A stretch of DNA of 64,000 bases from Amoebophrya sp. A120. Taxonomy: Eukaryota; Protista; Dinoflagellata. The notes under the pieces are model-generated. The model did not search any database. It worked only from the letters and a program-made list of their open reading frames with translations, and was not told the origin of the DNA. The position numbers and the translations under genes are program-made. The stretch's first letter is position 1, and every line of letters starts with the position of its first letter. Below are positions 12,001 to 23,708 of the stretch, piece by piece. The stretch is taken from positions 528,969 through 592,968 of the forward strand of contig CAJINV010000004.1 of assembly GCA_905178155.1 (NCBI GenBank), read 5' to 3'.

Positions 12001-15000
12001 CACGACAACCACCACGACGACGATCGCGCCACAGCTCCGGCTATCCTGTGCAAAAGCATCGTACTCGTAGAAGTAATTGCAGTCATGCATGACAAATCTG
12101 GTTCCTTAGCTTATTCAGCATTACAAATTTCATTTTTCCTTCTGGAAAAATTTGTAATGTAATACTATTTCTACTAGTACGATACTTTTGCAATGCATAC
12201 CGGCAGTACGACATCGATTTCACGGTGGACCCCGCGATTATCAGCGACAAGGCTACCCTGGCGACGAACACGCAACTGCTGCACGCCTTGGCGAAGGGTG
12301 CGCTGGATTTCATGAACGCAAAGGGGCTGGACAACAGCACGGGCACTACGATGCTGAAAAACCAAACGCTGACCATCACGCAGTCGGGGACGTCAACCAA
12401 CCCTGACTCACTGGAAACGGTGTCTAAATTCAAAATGACCGGTGACTCCGACGCGATGCAATCCGTCATTGACGCCTGGCCGCCCGCGGGGCTGACCGGG
12501 AACGGGGCGAATGAGCTGCTGGCAGCCATCAACAGCTCGGTGATCGCGGCGAACATCGATGGGGTGAAGGTCGGGCAGCTGGCACCGCTGCCCGCGCCGA
12601 CCACCACTACGACCTCCACTACAACCACGACAACCACCACGACGACGACGACCACCACCAGCACCGAGGGGTCGGAGATCCGCCAGTTCGATTTGGACTT
12701 CACGGTCGATGATAGTATCGTCTCAGATAAGAACACGCTTGCTTCGAACACAGAATTATTAAAAGCGTTGCTGAAAGGGTCGAAAGACTTCTTAGAAGCG
12801 AACGGGTTTGACAATTCCACCGGGTCCGCGAAACTTTCGAACCAAACCTTAGAAATCGTCCCGCCGGCCGCCGGCACGACGGCGGGGGACGATTATCTCG
12901 AAACCGTCAGCAAATTCACGGTCCAGGGGGACAACCAGACCATGACGAGCCTCCATGCCGCGTGGTCGGTTGCCGCGCTCACCGGGGCGAAAGCGAACGA
13001 ACTGCTGGATTTCGTCAACAAGAGTGTCGTTGCGGCAAGTCTTCCCGGTATTTTCGTCGGCAAGCTGGCACCGTTGCCGGGAATCACCACTACGACGACC
13101 ACCACGACAACGACCACGACGATCACGACCACCGTCACAACGACGACTGCGACGACCACTACCACTGTGGGCGAGACGCTCGTCTCCCGGGAATTCGGCA
13201 TGCAGATTGAGGCGGATGATGAATCTGTGCTGCAAGACCCGGCTATGGTGTCCGCGGTTGCGGACGGTGCGCTCAAGTTCCTGCAGGACGGAGGTTTGGC
13301 CGGCGCGACGAAGGACGATATCAAGGATCTGAAGCTGACCGTAACCGGCAGCACGGTTCTCCTCGGGACGTCCATGCAAATGCGGATCAGCGGGAAGACG
13401 AAGCAGACGAAGCGATCCACTAAAGCGGCGTTGGATGTGAAGACCAGCTTCTCCGTGGCGGTAGACCCCAGTGAAGTCGCGGCGCTGGATGCCGCGTGGC
13501 CGCCAGCGGGATTGGACACGTCTGCTTTGTCCAGTCTCGGCGACGCGGTGTCGAACTCCGTCGCGGCAGCGGCGTTGCCCGGCGTGGACGTGAAGGGGGT
13601 GACCTCCATGGTGGCACCTAGCACGACCACGACCACCACGACTACAACCACCACGACGGTCGGGAAGCAAACACGCCAATTCGATCTGGACTTCGGGGTC
13701 AACACAACGGTCATTTCGGACAAAAATACGTTGATCACGAATGAAAAGCTGTTAGCTGCTTTGCTGAAGGGATCAGTGGACTTCCTAACTCAACACGGAC
13801 TGGACAACTCGACCGGAAAAGCGGTTGTCGGGAACCAAACTTTAACCGCCGTCCCTCCGGCGCAGGGTACAAGTGGCACACCGGACTATTTGGAAACGGT
13901 GTCGAGCTTCGACATCAACGGCGACACGCAAGTGATCGACAGCGTCTTGAATGCGTGGCCGATCACGGCTTTGACCGGCACGAAAGCGAACGACTTACTC
14001 ACCGCGTTGAATTCTTCCGTTTTAGCCGCGAACATCCCGGGCGTGCAGATCGGGAAGCTCACCCCGAAAGCCGCGCCGACCACGACCACAACGTATCAAA
14101 TGCAAAAATGTCTGGGTCCTCTGGAAGAATGCGCGATTTGTCATGCAGCTTTTCCATGACCCCTGAGGTCTGGAATGCAGGACCTAGCATGACAGATTCT
14201 GCGCGATCTCTCTCATGCCTATCCTGCATGAGAAACCCCCTCCCGACTTGGTCAAAACTGGGCGACTTTTGGTAATCATGCAACACAGACTCTTGCATGC
14301 TTCAGAGTTAGCATGACAAGTTGCATTCTTCCAGACCCAGACACTTTTGCATTTGATACAACGACGACCACCACGACGACGGAGCGGTTCGAGCTTCGCC
14401 AGTTCGATTTGGATTTCACTGTCAACAAGACCCTGCAGCCAGACCCGGACGCGTTGCCGCAGAACCAGAAACTGCTGACCGCTATTGCGGAGGGTTCACT
14501 AGAATTCTTGAAAGCGGGCGGGTTGACGAATTTGACTGTAACGGGCATGCTGTCCAAAACCTTGACGATCGTGAGCACAAGTTCCTCCTGGTTCATGCTG
14601 ATCGAAATCGAGGAGAAGTTCGGGAAGAAGAAGGAGAATGTGTATCTCGAAACGGTCTTCAGCTTCGGCGTATCAAATGCAAAAATGTCTGGGTCTGGAA
14701 AGTGGTAACTTGTGTTGCTGTCTGTGGATTCCAAACAAATATGTATTGCATGACTAGCAAGAGGAGTCCAGTTTTTGCCACGGCGAGCGGGCATTTCTCA
14801 TGCGGAACAGGCATCAGGAAGCCCTCTCAAAACCTGTGATGCTAGACCATGCATTACAGACCTCGTGGGTCATGGAAAACCTGCGTGACAAATCTTCCAC
14901 TCTTCCAGACCGAGACATATTTGCATTTGATACGGCGTGAAGGGAAGAAACGCCACCATGGACCAATTGGAAGCCGCCTGGCCGGCTGCGAATTTGGATG

Positions 15001-18000
15001 ACGTCCAGACCCAGGTGCTCATATCCTGTGCAAAAGTATCGTATTCGCTATTGCAATCCTGCATTACAAATCTTTTTCTTAAGGTGCATCTGCATTACAA
15101 ATTTCCTGTCTCATGCTGAGGAAATTTGTAATGCATTTATACGAGTACGATACTTTTGCAGTTCATAGCTCACCGCTTTGGTGAATAAAACGGTGGTAGC
15201 CGCCGCGATTCCCGGCCTTCAGGTCGGGAAAATCAAACCTCTCGCTGCCCCAACCACCTCCACCACGACGACCAGCACCACGACGACGGCAACACTACCG
15301 CCCTTGGAAGAGCGGTCGTTCGACATGGCGATGACGTTGGATGACAGTGTGTATCAAACCCAAGCCGACTATGACAATTTAATGGACGACGCGGAGCTCC
15401 AGCAGGCGGTCAAAGACGGCGCCTTCGAGTTTTTCGCCGCGTCAATACCGTTTTTTGCCAAGAGCCAAATCGCGGACGTTGACCTGAACATAACCGGAAC
15501 GGCGAACACCACTGCGAATCTGACCGAATTGGACAGGTTCACGAGGTCCGGGAAGGACGGGCACGGAAAGCGGCCATCGTTACTGTTTCTGTTCGAAATG
15601 GAGAGCACCATGAAGCGGGAGAAGGAGCAGAAGGAGGCTTTGCTGCAGCAGTCTGCGGTGGCGTACAAGAAGATGAAACGGGCGCCGCAGCAGGTGCAGG
15701 TGAACGTGCAACTCGGAATTCAAGTGACCAGGAGTCCCACGCAACTCGCGCAACTCCAGGCGACGTGGCCGAGCGGCGGTGGCTTGCCGTCCGCAGCGAA
15801 CAAGCAGCTGCTCGCGGCGGTGAAGTCCTCGGTTGCGGCGGCTAACATCCCCGGCGCGGCGGTTGGACAAGTCGCCGCGGTGTTGGCGTCGACCATATCA
15901 AAATGACAAATCCCCCCACCCCATATCAAAACGAAGTTTGTGATGCTGGATTTGCGTACACAAATCTGATTTGTCTTGCTGGAGAGGACTGCAGCCCCAT
16001 ACCAAGCCTGAGCAGAGAGGTTTTAGACTAGGCTCTTGGCATGAGAAACGTCTGCGCTGTAGGCCCAACAGCATAACAAATCGCCCGCATGATGCGGCGG
16101 AGCCTGTTGAGTTGCATTCTTGCAAGACAGAGATGATTTGTGGCCGCAAATCAGCACCGCGACGTACCTTTTCGATATGGGGAGGGGGGATTTTTCCTGA
16201 CAATAGACCACGACGACGACCACGACAACCAGTACCACGACGACACCCTTGGTGCTGTTGTTCGAGCGCTATTTGGCCGTCAGGATGGCGGTGTCGCAAT
16301 CTCGGTTGATAGCGATGGATTTGTGCAATGATCCTTTGATCCTAGGAGCGGTCGCCACGGGCATCACGGAAATTTTCGCGGTGTACGGCGTCCTCGTGAA
16401 TGCCGACGAGTGGATGATCCACTGCAAGATCGACGAGAATTATCCAAGAAAAGAACACCATCGCAATCACTTTTGCACATTTTTGCAATACAAAAATTTT
16501 TGTCATGCGCAAAAATGCATCACAGTCAACACTTATAGCCGATTTCCCTGGGTGTTTTTGCAATACAAGAAAAGTTTGTTATGCGAGACAAATTTCTGAT
16601 GCAAAACCTCCCATGTGTGATTGTGATGGTGTTTTTTTCTTGGATAAGAATGTGGATTTGTTGACTGGCAGAGCGATCGATATTCCAAAAGAGTACTTCA
16701 CCGATGGCTATGAGAAAGACCAAAACCAGCTGATGCTCTTGCAGCAGGTATCCTGAGTAAAAACATCCCCACAACAGAGTCAAGATGGGGATTTTGCAAC
16801 ACAAACCTAGAACTTTTGGGGGTCACGCATCACAAGTTGCACTCCGTAGTGTAGTGCAGGTTCGCAAGGCCAGCTGCATCAGAAATCCATCTGCTCATCC
16901 TGCTTACAGCATTACAAATTCCAAAACACGACTGAAAATGCCTCTCCTGGCGATGCGCATTACAAATGTTCCTGTGCTTGCAAATCTGCATGACAACTCT
17001 GGTGTGGGGACGTTTTTACTCAGGATAGCAGGACGCAGAGGGAAATGCGGTCCTCGCGGCCGACAGTGATGTTGATGATCACGCAGGCGCCACTTCTACT
17101 GCCCTCGAAGTTCTTCGGCCAGTAGCAGCACAACTTCAACTCCCACAACTTCCCGCCCGGCAGTCCAAGGACTCGACCGCGCCCCTCGAGCGCGCGATCG
17201 AGTCATTGTCTAACGGCCGCATGGAGCGCCGCGTGGCGCTGCTGCAGCAACACTTGGAGGCGATAAGCAGTAAAGAGAGAACTACGACGAGAAATAATGG
17301 CCAGAAGGTCCTCTCGGCCGGTAGTGGTACCATCGCAGGTCTGTCGACGGTCTCGGGAACAGCTTCTACAACCCGGCGCAGGAGACGAGCCGTGGAGCAG
17401 TTCCAGGATGTGACTTTTCTGTTCAAAGTCAGCTACATGCTGACCTCCGTTCCCGTATCAGAATGAAAAATCCCCCCTCCCCGCTTCAATAACGAGGTTT
17501 CTGATGCTGGATTTGCGTACACAAATCAACAGATTTGTCTTGCTGGCGAGGACTGCAGGCCCATATCAAGCCTGAGAAGACAGGTCTTGGCCTAGGCGCT
17601 TAGCATGACAGACTTCTACGCTGTAGGAGCATAAGCATGACAAACCGCCTGTAGAATGCGGCGAAGCCTGTGGAGTTGCCTTCATGCAACACAGAGACGA
17701 TTTGTGGCCACAAATCAGCAACGCAAATTTTCGAAAACGTACCTTGTCAATATGGGGGGGGATTTTTCCTTTTGATACCCCGACTATGAGACGGCCACCA
17801 GCTTCTGGTCGCGCCCGCCGACCGGGCTGGCGAGAGCGCAGGTGAAGGTTTTGACGCATTTGCTCGCGGACTGCTTCGCGGACAGCGGCATTCCGGGGGT
17901 CGCAGTGGTCGGCGTCAACGGCGCACCACGGACCGGCAGTCAATTCTACAAGAAAATCCCTTACGTCTCCCACCAAGCGCAGGAAGAAGAGTATATGTTC

Positions 18001-20873
18001 AACCGGGTTTACAGGCTGGTCGAGCTGGCCTTGGAATCCTCGCTCTTACCCGCGTCTTACCCACTGGCTTTAAAAGAGTCGATCGAGGAGACGATCGGAA
18101 TTTGGGTGCAGGATACCTGCAACGCGATCAACATCGAGGTTCAGATGTACCAGTTGGTCAAGTACGGCGTGCCCGGGCAGCAGGTTTCCAACATTACCAT
18201 GCAGTCCGATCTGTCCCTCAACGCGGAGGCGCTCGAGGCGCAGAGGGTGTTCACGATGATTCCAAATGTGGAATCATTGATCAAAAAATCGGTCCTGTTG
18301 GAAGACAAGCGGGACATCGGCAGGGACATTTTGTTCAACGGAGGAGGCGAACTGCCGGGCTTGAACGTGACGAAAGAACCACCTTCACCGAAGGACAATA
18401 GCACCACGACGATCTTACTCCAGAAGCAGAAAACAGGTGTCAGTGTCAGTTCTGCAAGAATAACAGCGTTGCAAACGCCACCGACCGATCCGAACGTTTA
18501 TTTCCAGTCGTTGGTCAGCATCCAGATGGATTCCGCCTCGGACTTGGCCAAGCTCAAGTTCCGGTGGGACCAGGATGTCGGCCTGACTGTGGGCGCAAAC
18601 TACCAAATTCGGCAATTGTTGAACACGGGCTTGGAACGCCGCGGGGTGCCGACTCTGACCGGGGCCAACCAAGAACATGTGCGAGCATTCTTGGGAGGAC
18701 CGGTACAAAATTGATGCAGCTGTTGGAACGAAGATTTTAGAAAAAACAAAAAGACGAGATCATCTTATGACGCATTCTTGTTCTTCTTTATTTTCCTACG
18801 GTTTATTGAATGACAAAAACAAATGAAGCGGCTGGAGTCAATGAAGTTGCAATGGTAAAAAGGTCTGCGACTGCGTCTCTATATCAAATCTTGTCCTCTA
18901 TTCTCTCACTTCAGGCTCGGATTCCGCCCAGCACGACGAGCACAACAACGACGACAATCGACCCCTTCGCGGGGATACCATTGAATGCCACTACGGCAGC
19001 ACCAAATACGACGACGACGACGACGACGTCAACTAGTACGACTACGACAACCACTACCACCGCGGCGCCAACTACGACCGCCGCGCCGGCAAAGCCTTTG
19101 CCGGTGCCGCAAATCAACGTGCAGATTGGCGGGACCACCCCTTCGCAGACGGCCCCGCCGACCGCAACGGGGTTCCCGCCAAATTTCCCGCTACCCGTTC
19201 CCTCGGGAGGGTATAATAGAAGTTGCTTCATGTTATATACGTTTTATTTTATCACCAGCTGCCCTCACCCTCAAGACAAACAAAAGTCGGGCTTGTTTCT
19301 TGGCATGCGGACTGTGTCGTGTGTTGATTCATGCGGTTTTTTATTCGGATCATGTAGAAGGCCAAACAAAGTACTAATCTGAATCACACAGGTACCAACT
19401 GCAGAACGCGACGACAAAATTAGTGGTAAAGAAATCTTCACGCAAACAAGGCGACGACGTCGCTCCAGCATGGGCCAAGTCCCTGATGGAAGACGTTGGC
19501 GAACTGAAAAAGACTTGGGATGCTGAAACAGCATCTGGAAATGCTAAAAACCAAGCGCAGAACGCAGACGCAACGACAAGAATACGGGTCAACAACCAAG
19601 GCAGCAAGGCTGCGGCGAGTTACCCATTACAAACAACGCATCGCACTGTGTTTTGATTGCAATATTGCATGATAGAGTGTTTGCCTTCCAACCAGTATGC
19701 TTGATGGATTTTTTATTTTACTAAAAACTCTAGAGCAAACCGCATTATCATGTTGTTCTTCATCTTCTGAAAACACACTGTATTGCAGCCTACACTAGTG
19801 AGATGCTTTTGTAATGCATAGGAGCAACCCAACACCAACTTTGATATCTACGGACAGTAGGTTACTAGACTCCGCTTCCGCTCCGAGTCCTGCCGCAGCG
19901 CCGAAAGCGGGTGCAACGGCGACTGAAGGTACTACCTATGATAAGAATAAAGACGTGTAGACGTCGTGTTGTTGGTCATGCAACAGAGAATTGAAGTCAA
20001 GTCGAAGTCCTGAGTATATTTGCATGACAATTTAGATTTTTGACTCTTATTGAAACAAAACTACGTTCTCAGGTAGCGACGTTCAGGATATTCTGAACCA
20101 ACTCGACGCTCTCGAGCGCGACGCGGCGAAGATGCCTGCGGGCGACACGGCCTGGGCGGAACGCATTGCGAGTCGACTAGATTCTATCGGTTTTTTACAA
20201 AAGTCAAAACAAGGATTCAAGACGAATGAAGCTACGACATCATCTTCTTCGGACATGGAAAGTAGAGTGACGGGCTCTAGTACAACGGAAAAGGATATGG
20301 CTCAGGCGCAAACAAAAGCAGACGAGCAGCGCCAGGGTACTACAGCAGCTGCTTCGACTTCGAGAAGTGCGACTCCACGGCGACAGCGGGGGTATGGTCC
20401 GAGGACCGCCCCAGCAACGACACCAAATAAGAGGATCAGGATATGCATATAGAAATTTACCGTGCACGTGCAGAATTGTGTGCATGATTAAAAATTTTGT
20501 TTTTAGCTTTTTTCAGATGGTAGCATGATCGCTGGACGAGCCGGCAGTTGTGATCCTCATGCTGAATAAGTAGTTGGGGACAGAGAGTCTGTCGTGTACG
20601 CAGGAATCGGACTGCAATGTATTTGTATGTGTGCGGTAAAGTTTTTTCTGTTCATACGGAAGAATATACTTCGACAAAGCCACCTCACCAATAGCAGTGA
20701 TGAACAACCAACGGCTCAATGAGGCCGCGCAAACCTCTGCCCCACGGGGGCCACAAGCGGAGGAACGATCTGCGGGTCGGGAGGGGCAAAGAACCGTGAA
20801 GCAAGTACCTAGCGAAGACCATCCAGACGAGGGCTCCGCTAGCAGCATGAGTAAGTTACTCAGCTGGCGGTAA
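1..20873 (+). CDS. Gene 1 (5'-partial): giant mucin-like glycoprotein with ~27 tandem ~125-aa repeats (putative SEA/ferredoxin-like fold) separated by PAP-poly-Thr linkers
   Basis: Inferred exons: <1-2121, 2389-2483, 2640-4253, 4511-4707, 4864-7265, 7920-9445, 9601-9829, 10097-10384, 10697-10948, 11792-12040, 12204-14092, 14363-14669, 14937-15020, 15172-15894, 16210-16439, 16651-16747, 17032-17454, 17782-18702, 18915-19210, 19392-19619, 19825-19928, 20073-20440, 20661-20873. Removing 19 introners (+5 nt each) and 3 GT-AG introns leaves 14856 nt = 4952 codons ending in TAA. The repeat consensus (REFDLDFTVD...YLETVSKFG...GVKVGKIAP) continues across the junctions. Confidence 0.88.
2123..2384. 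mobile_element. Introner, family A (262 nt)
   Basis: TIR tgtctgggtctg/cagacccaggca; DR tgctg/tgcgg; frame restored (D-A-E-S). Confidence 0.9.
2485..2635. mobile_element. Introner, family B (151 nt)
   Basis: TIR aaatttcccgt..; perfect DR cgcca. Confidence 0.92.
4255..4506. mobile_element. Introner, family A (252 nt)
   Basis: Perfect 30-nt TIR tatcaaatgtaaaaatgtctgggtctggaa; DR gaatg. Confidence 0.95.
4709..4859. mobile_element. Introner, family B (151 nt)
   Basis: Close copy of 2485-2635; DR accgg. Confidence 0.93.
7267..7915. mobile_element. Introner, family D, with nested insert
   Basis: Ends tatgaaggctcacaactc/gagctgtgcactctcata; DR gacgg. Confidence 0.9.
7340..7763 (+). mobile_element. 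Nested retroposon-like insertion with (ATG)n tail
   Basis: Absent from family-D copy 29274; flanked by an aagc duplication; ends ctac-atgatgatgatg. Confidence 0.6.
9447..9596. mobile_element. Introner, family C (150 nt)
   Basis: TIR tgcaaaagtatcg; DR gcacg/gcacc. Confidence 0.92.
9831..10092. mobile_element. Introner, family A (262 nt)
   Basis: DR gaacg; family A TIR. Confidence 0.93.
10386..10692. mobile_element. Introner, family E (307 nt)
   Basis: ~55-nt imperfect TIR tatgga.gtgtcaggat; DR gacca. Confidence 0.92.
10950..11787. mobile_element. Introner, family A, with nested insert
   Basis: DR cgccg/cgctg; ~268 nt after removing the insert. Confidence 0.9.
11163..11726 (+). mobile_element. 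Nested retroposon-like insertion with (ATCA)n tail
   Basis: atgcaa duplication at 11157-11162 and 11727-11732; ends ctac-atcaatcaatca. Confidence 0.6.
12042..12199. mobile_element. Introner, family C, reverse orientation (158 nt)
   Basis: DR ccggc; reverse-complement relative of 9447. Confidence 0.92.
14094..14358. mobile_element. Introner, family A, reverse (265 nt)
   Basis: DR caacg. Confidence 0.93.
14671..14932. mobile_element. Introner, family A (262 nt)
   Basis: DR cggcg. Confidence 0.93.
15022..15167. mobile_element. Introner, family C, reverse (146 nt)
   Basis: DR gctca. Confidence 0.92.
15896..16205. mobile_element. Introner, family F (310 nt)
   Basis: TIR aaatcccccc.ccccatatc; DR gacca. 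Confidence 0.92.
16441..16646. mobile_element. Introner, family H (206 nt)
   Basis: TIR tatccaagaaaa..acaccatc; DR agaat. Confidence 0.92.
16749..17027. mobile_element. Introner, family I (279 nt); gives GT-AG intron 16748-17031
   Basis: TIR tatcctgagtaaaaac.tcccca; DR gcagg. Confidence 0.93.
17456..17777. mobile_element. Introner, family F (322 nt)
   Basis: DR tcccg/ccccg. Confidence 0.9.
18703..18914 (+). other. Canonical GT-AG intron (gene 1); others at 19211-19391 and 19929-20072
   Basis: GT...YAG, AT-rich, no TIR, frame restored. Confidence 0.8.
19621..19820. mobile_element. Degenerate introner (200 nt)
   Basis: Ends tacccattacaaa/tttgtaatgcata; DR decayed cgagt/ggagc; frame restored. 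Confidence 0.7.
20442..20656. mobile_element. Degenerate introner, family B-like (215 nt)
   Basis: aaatttaccgtgcac/gtgtgcggtaaagttt; DR cagga/cggaa. Confidence 0.7.
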
Positions 20874-21089
20874 GAACGAACCATCAGAACTACCCTATCT
20901 GGAAAGAAAGAAGTAGATGTGTGTCAGTAGACTTTTTTGGTTTCTTTTGTTAAAAAACTATGTTGAAGACTATTAACTTTTTTTCAACGCTAAATGTAAA
21001 GAGCGCAAGAACGAAAATTTTTTGATCGTTCTGGAATGAACGCAAGAAAATTTGGAAAAGATTAAAAGGCTTAATATCATCAAACACGA

Positions 21090-21520
21090 TAGAATCAAAG
21101 TTGTTGTTGTTTATCACAAAGTATTATCGCCAGTAACCCACTGGTAGAATCAAAGTTGTTGTTGTTTATCACAAAGCTTATGCTGTCGGGCTTGTTGGCC
21201 CGTCTTGCATTCTCATCATCTTTATTTGGTCTTAACTTTAGCAAAAAATTGGTTCATATTCAGAAATGCTACATCAGAGCATATTTTCCAAGAACCACTT
21301 GAAATAGCAATACTTTTTTTCATTCTTGTCGCTGCGTGTTGCGACGCGCGAGGTTATGATTTTCAGGCTGTTTTCAGAAATATTCCCAGCGTAGTACAGT
21401 AGTCCAATATATTACGAGTCTGCCAGGTATAGAGCCCGAAGACTTTTGTCTTGCTAGGGTACAACTCTTCCCAGAGGCAGCTCGTATTTGAATCAAAGTT
21501 GTTGTTGTTTATCAGAAAAG
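21090..21520. repeat. Three copies of a ~31-nt intergenic repeat
   Basis: gaatcaaagttgttgttgtttatca(c/g)aaa at ~21092, ~21147 and ~21490. Confidence 0.8.
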
Positions 21521-21700
21521 TAAAGATGCATGAAAAATCGATAGAAAAAAGAATCGATCGAGGTCCCGCAGCTCCATAATATCACTATCTCGCTAGAGCA
21601 GGCAAAAGTTTGCTTCCTTCGATCTGCATCTTTTTTTATCCATGGAGGAGTCACATTCTTCCGAGGGTGATTATCGGCCTGCGAGGAGCTGCGACCTCTG

Positions 21701-22566
21701 CATCAACAAACTTACATTTTGCCATTATCAACAGAATAGATATGGAAAAATCAGAATTTCAAATAGATAGACGAAAAAAGGGGCACTCCGTCATGGTGCC
21801 CTTTACAAAATACAGAAATTTTCTTCACAACTTGAGGAAGCAAGCAGTGGCAAATAGCGTCTTTGCCGTGCTGGATTTGCACTGTCGACCTCGATTACAT
21901 TGATATTTCATCAATCCTACGTAGCAAACCGGTTTTCGTGTCGAAACTACCGGTAGAGAAAATCCGTAGAAAATATATTTTGCAACCTATGGTCAAACTC
22001 CCCTCCCGTCGGGGCTCTATACAAATTTGGTGTCAGATCACAAAGAGAAATTAACAGGAGTCTATGACATCAAGCTGTCACTCCAGCTGTTCCTGATGAA
22101 ATTCGTATTTTTTTATGAAGGGCGGTGTCCAGATCATCATTTGAATATCGAATTTCAGAAAACTAGAAGGCCGCTGAGCCATATAATATCAACAAACTAC
22201 ATTTTGCCATTATCAAATTCGTTTTATGATTCGTTGTTTCTAGAACAGTTCTACCGTAATTCGAAGAAAAAAATTTTTACCTATTGCAACAAATCAGAAC
22301 AATTTCATGAAAATTTATGAGGATGATACAATTTCCGTATAGAAGTCAGTGCAACTGTAACTGAACCGCATCTGCAGCGTTGCGACGCTGCAGTTGTGGT
22401 TTGATAGATCGACAAACTTGTCTTTTTCTTTTCGTACAAGAATTTTCCTAGAAAAAATCCGAACCGTACGAGTCGGGTGGGTGATCATCGCATGGCCCCC
22501 GACCGTGTGAGTTTCCGGAAAATATGTTTACATCAACAACTTACATTTTGCTTTTATCACAACAGA
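21701..22566. repeat. Three degenerate copies of a ~33-nt intergenic repeat
   Basis: atcaacaaac(t)tacattttgc(ca/tt)ttatca at 21701, 22187 and 22531. Confidence 0.7.
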
Positions 22567-23708
22567 AAACTCAATTTAGAAATTCGTGTCAAGAATATTG
22601 TCAACAATAAGAACCTTCACAGCGCTCTAGTGCGTTTCCAAAATTGTTTCTATGCTGTTTGTCAAACAAAGAAGTTTTCGATTACAACTCCGAGCAGTTT
22701 TGTTCTGAGAAGAACATTCTCAATCGGTTTTTCTAGAAGAAAGGAAATACAAGTGTGGTTTACCCGGATTGCCGTACAAACATCCGGTTTGCCGTACAAA
22801 CAACCAAGTTGCTTTCATCGTCGATTTTGCATGGGCATCAGGGCTTCTACGTAAGTTCCTGGTGTCGCATAATCAGAACGGTGGATGTCAACTAGAGAAA
22901 ATCCGTATAAACAGTTTCACCCAAATAGAATTTCCCAGAAATAAACCTATTTCATCCTACTACGTAGAAAATCATCTTCCTTCTGAAATATGTTTTTGGA
23001 AAGACGAATGTGTAGAAAAACATTTTGGAAACAAGAAGTAGGGAAGTATGTTGCAGGGGAAATTTCAACACCGAATGTACCATGAACCTAAAAAACTGGA
23101 AAAAACCAAAAAAATTTGAAAATAAAAAAAAAAATGGAGCGGAAGTCCGGCTGACGTAACGCTCCTCGCTAAGCCATGGTGTATTTGCCCTGGGCATGAC
23201 TCTTTTTGCAACTAAAAATACGAAGTGTCTCAAAGGAGCGACAGTAACGCGGAGGGAGATAAATGCAGTATCAGGAGAATGTGATTAGGACCCGACGGTA
23301 GCTGCGACCTTTGTCAAATAGAAAGAAGATCTGTAGACTACATACTCTAATGAGCGATGAGAAGGCTCACCGCAGGCCTTCACTGACGATGTGACAACTG
23401 CGAGCTGGAACGCGACTACTTCATTAGCATTACAAAAAGTGAAAACTTCCTTCTTCGACAAAAGAGTGTACCTGGCTGTGGTCCGGTGTGCAGCCAGCCA
23501 AGAAATAGCTCTAGCTTCATCATTCCCGTCGGCCATTCATGCTAAAAAATGCGTACTAAGCAAGCATAAGGCCAATCGAGCATTGTGCAGTCTTGTTTTC
23601 TTCAAACTAACTTTCGCACCTAGCTTTTGCAGTTCTGGCGTCAAACTCAATAATCAGCACATGGAAATATGAAAGATAGTTACCGCACACCAAGAAAATG
23701 ACGCGAGG

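Noticed and set aside
21090-21520. 31-nt repeats as a mini-CRISPR
   Set aside because: Only three copies, irregular spacing (about 55 and 343 nt start to start), eukaryotic context.
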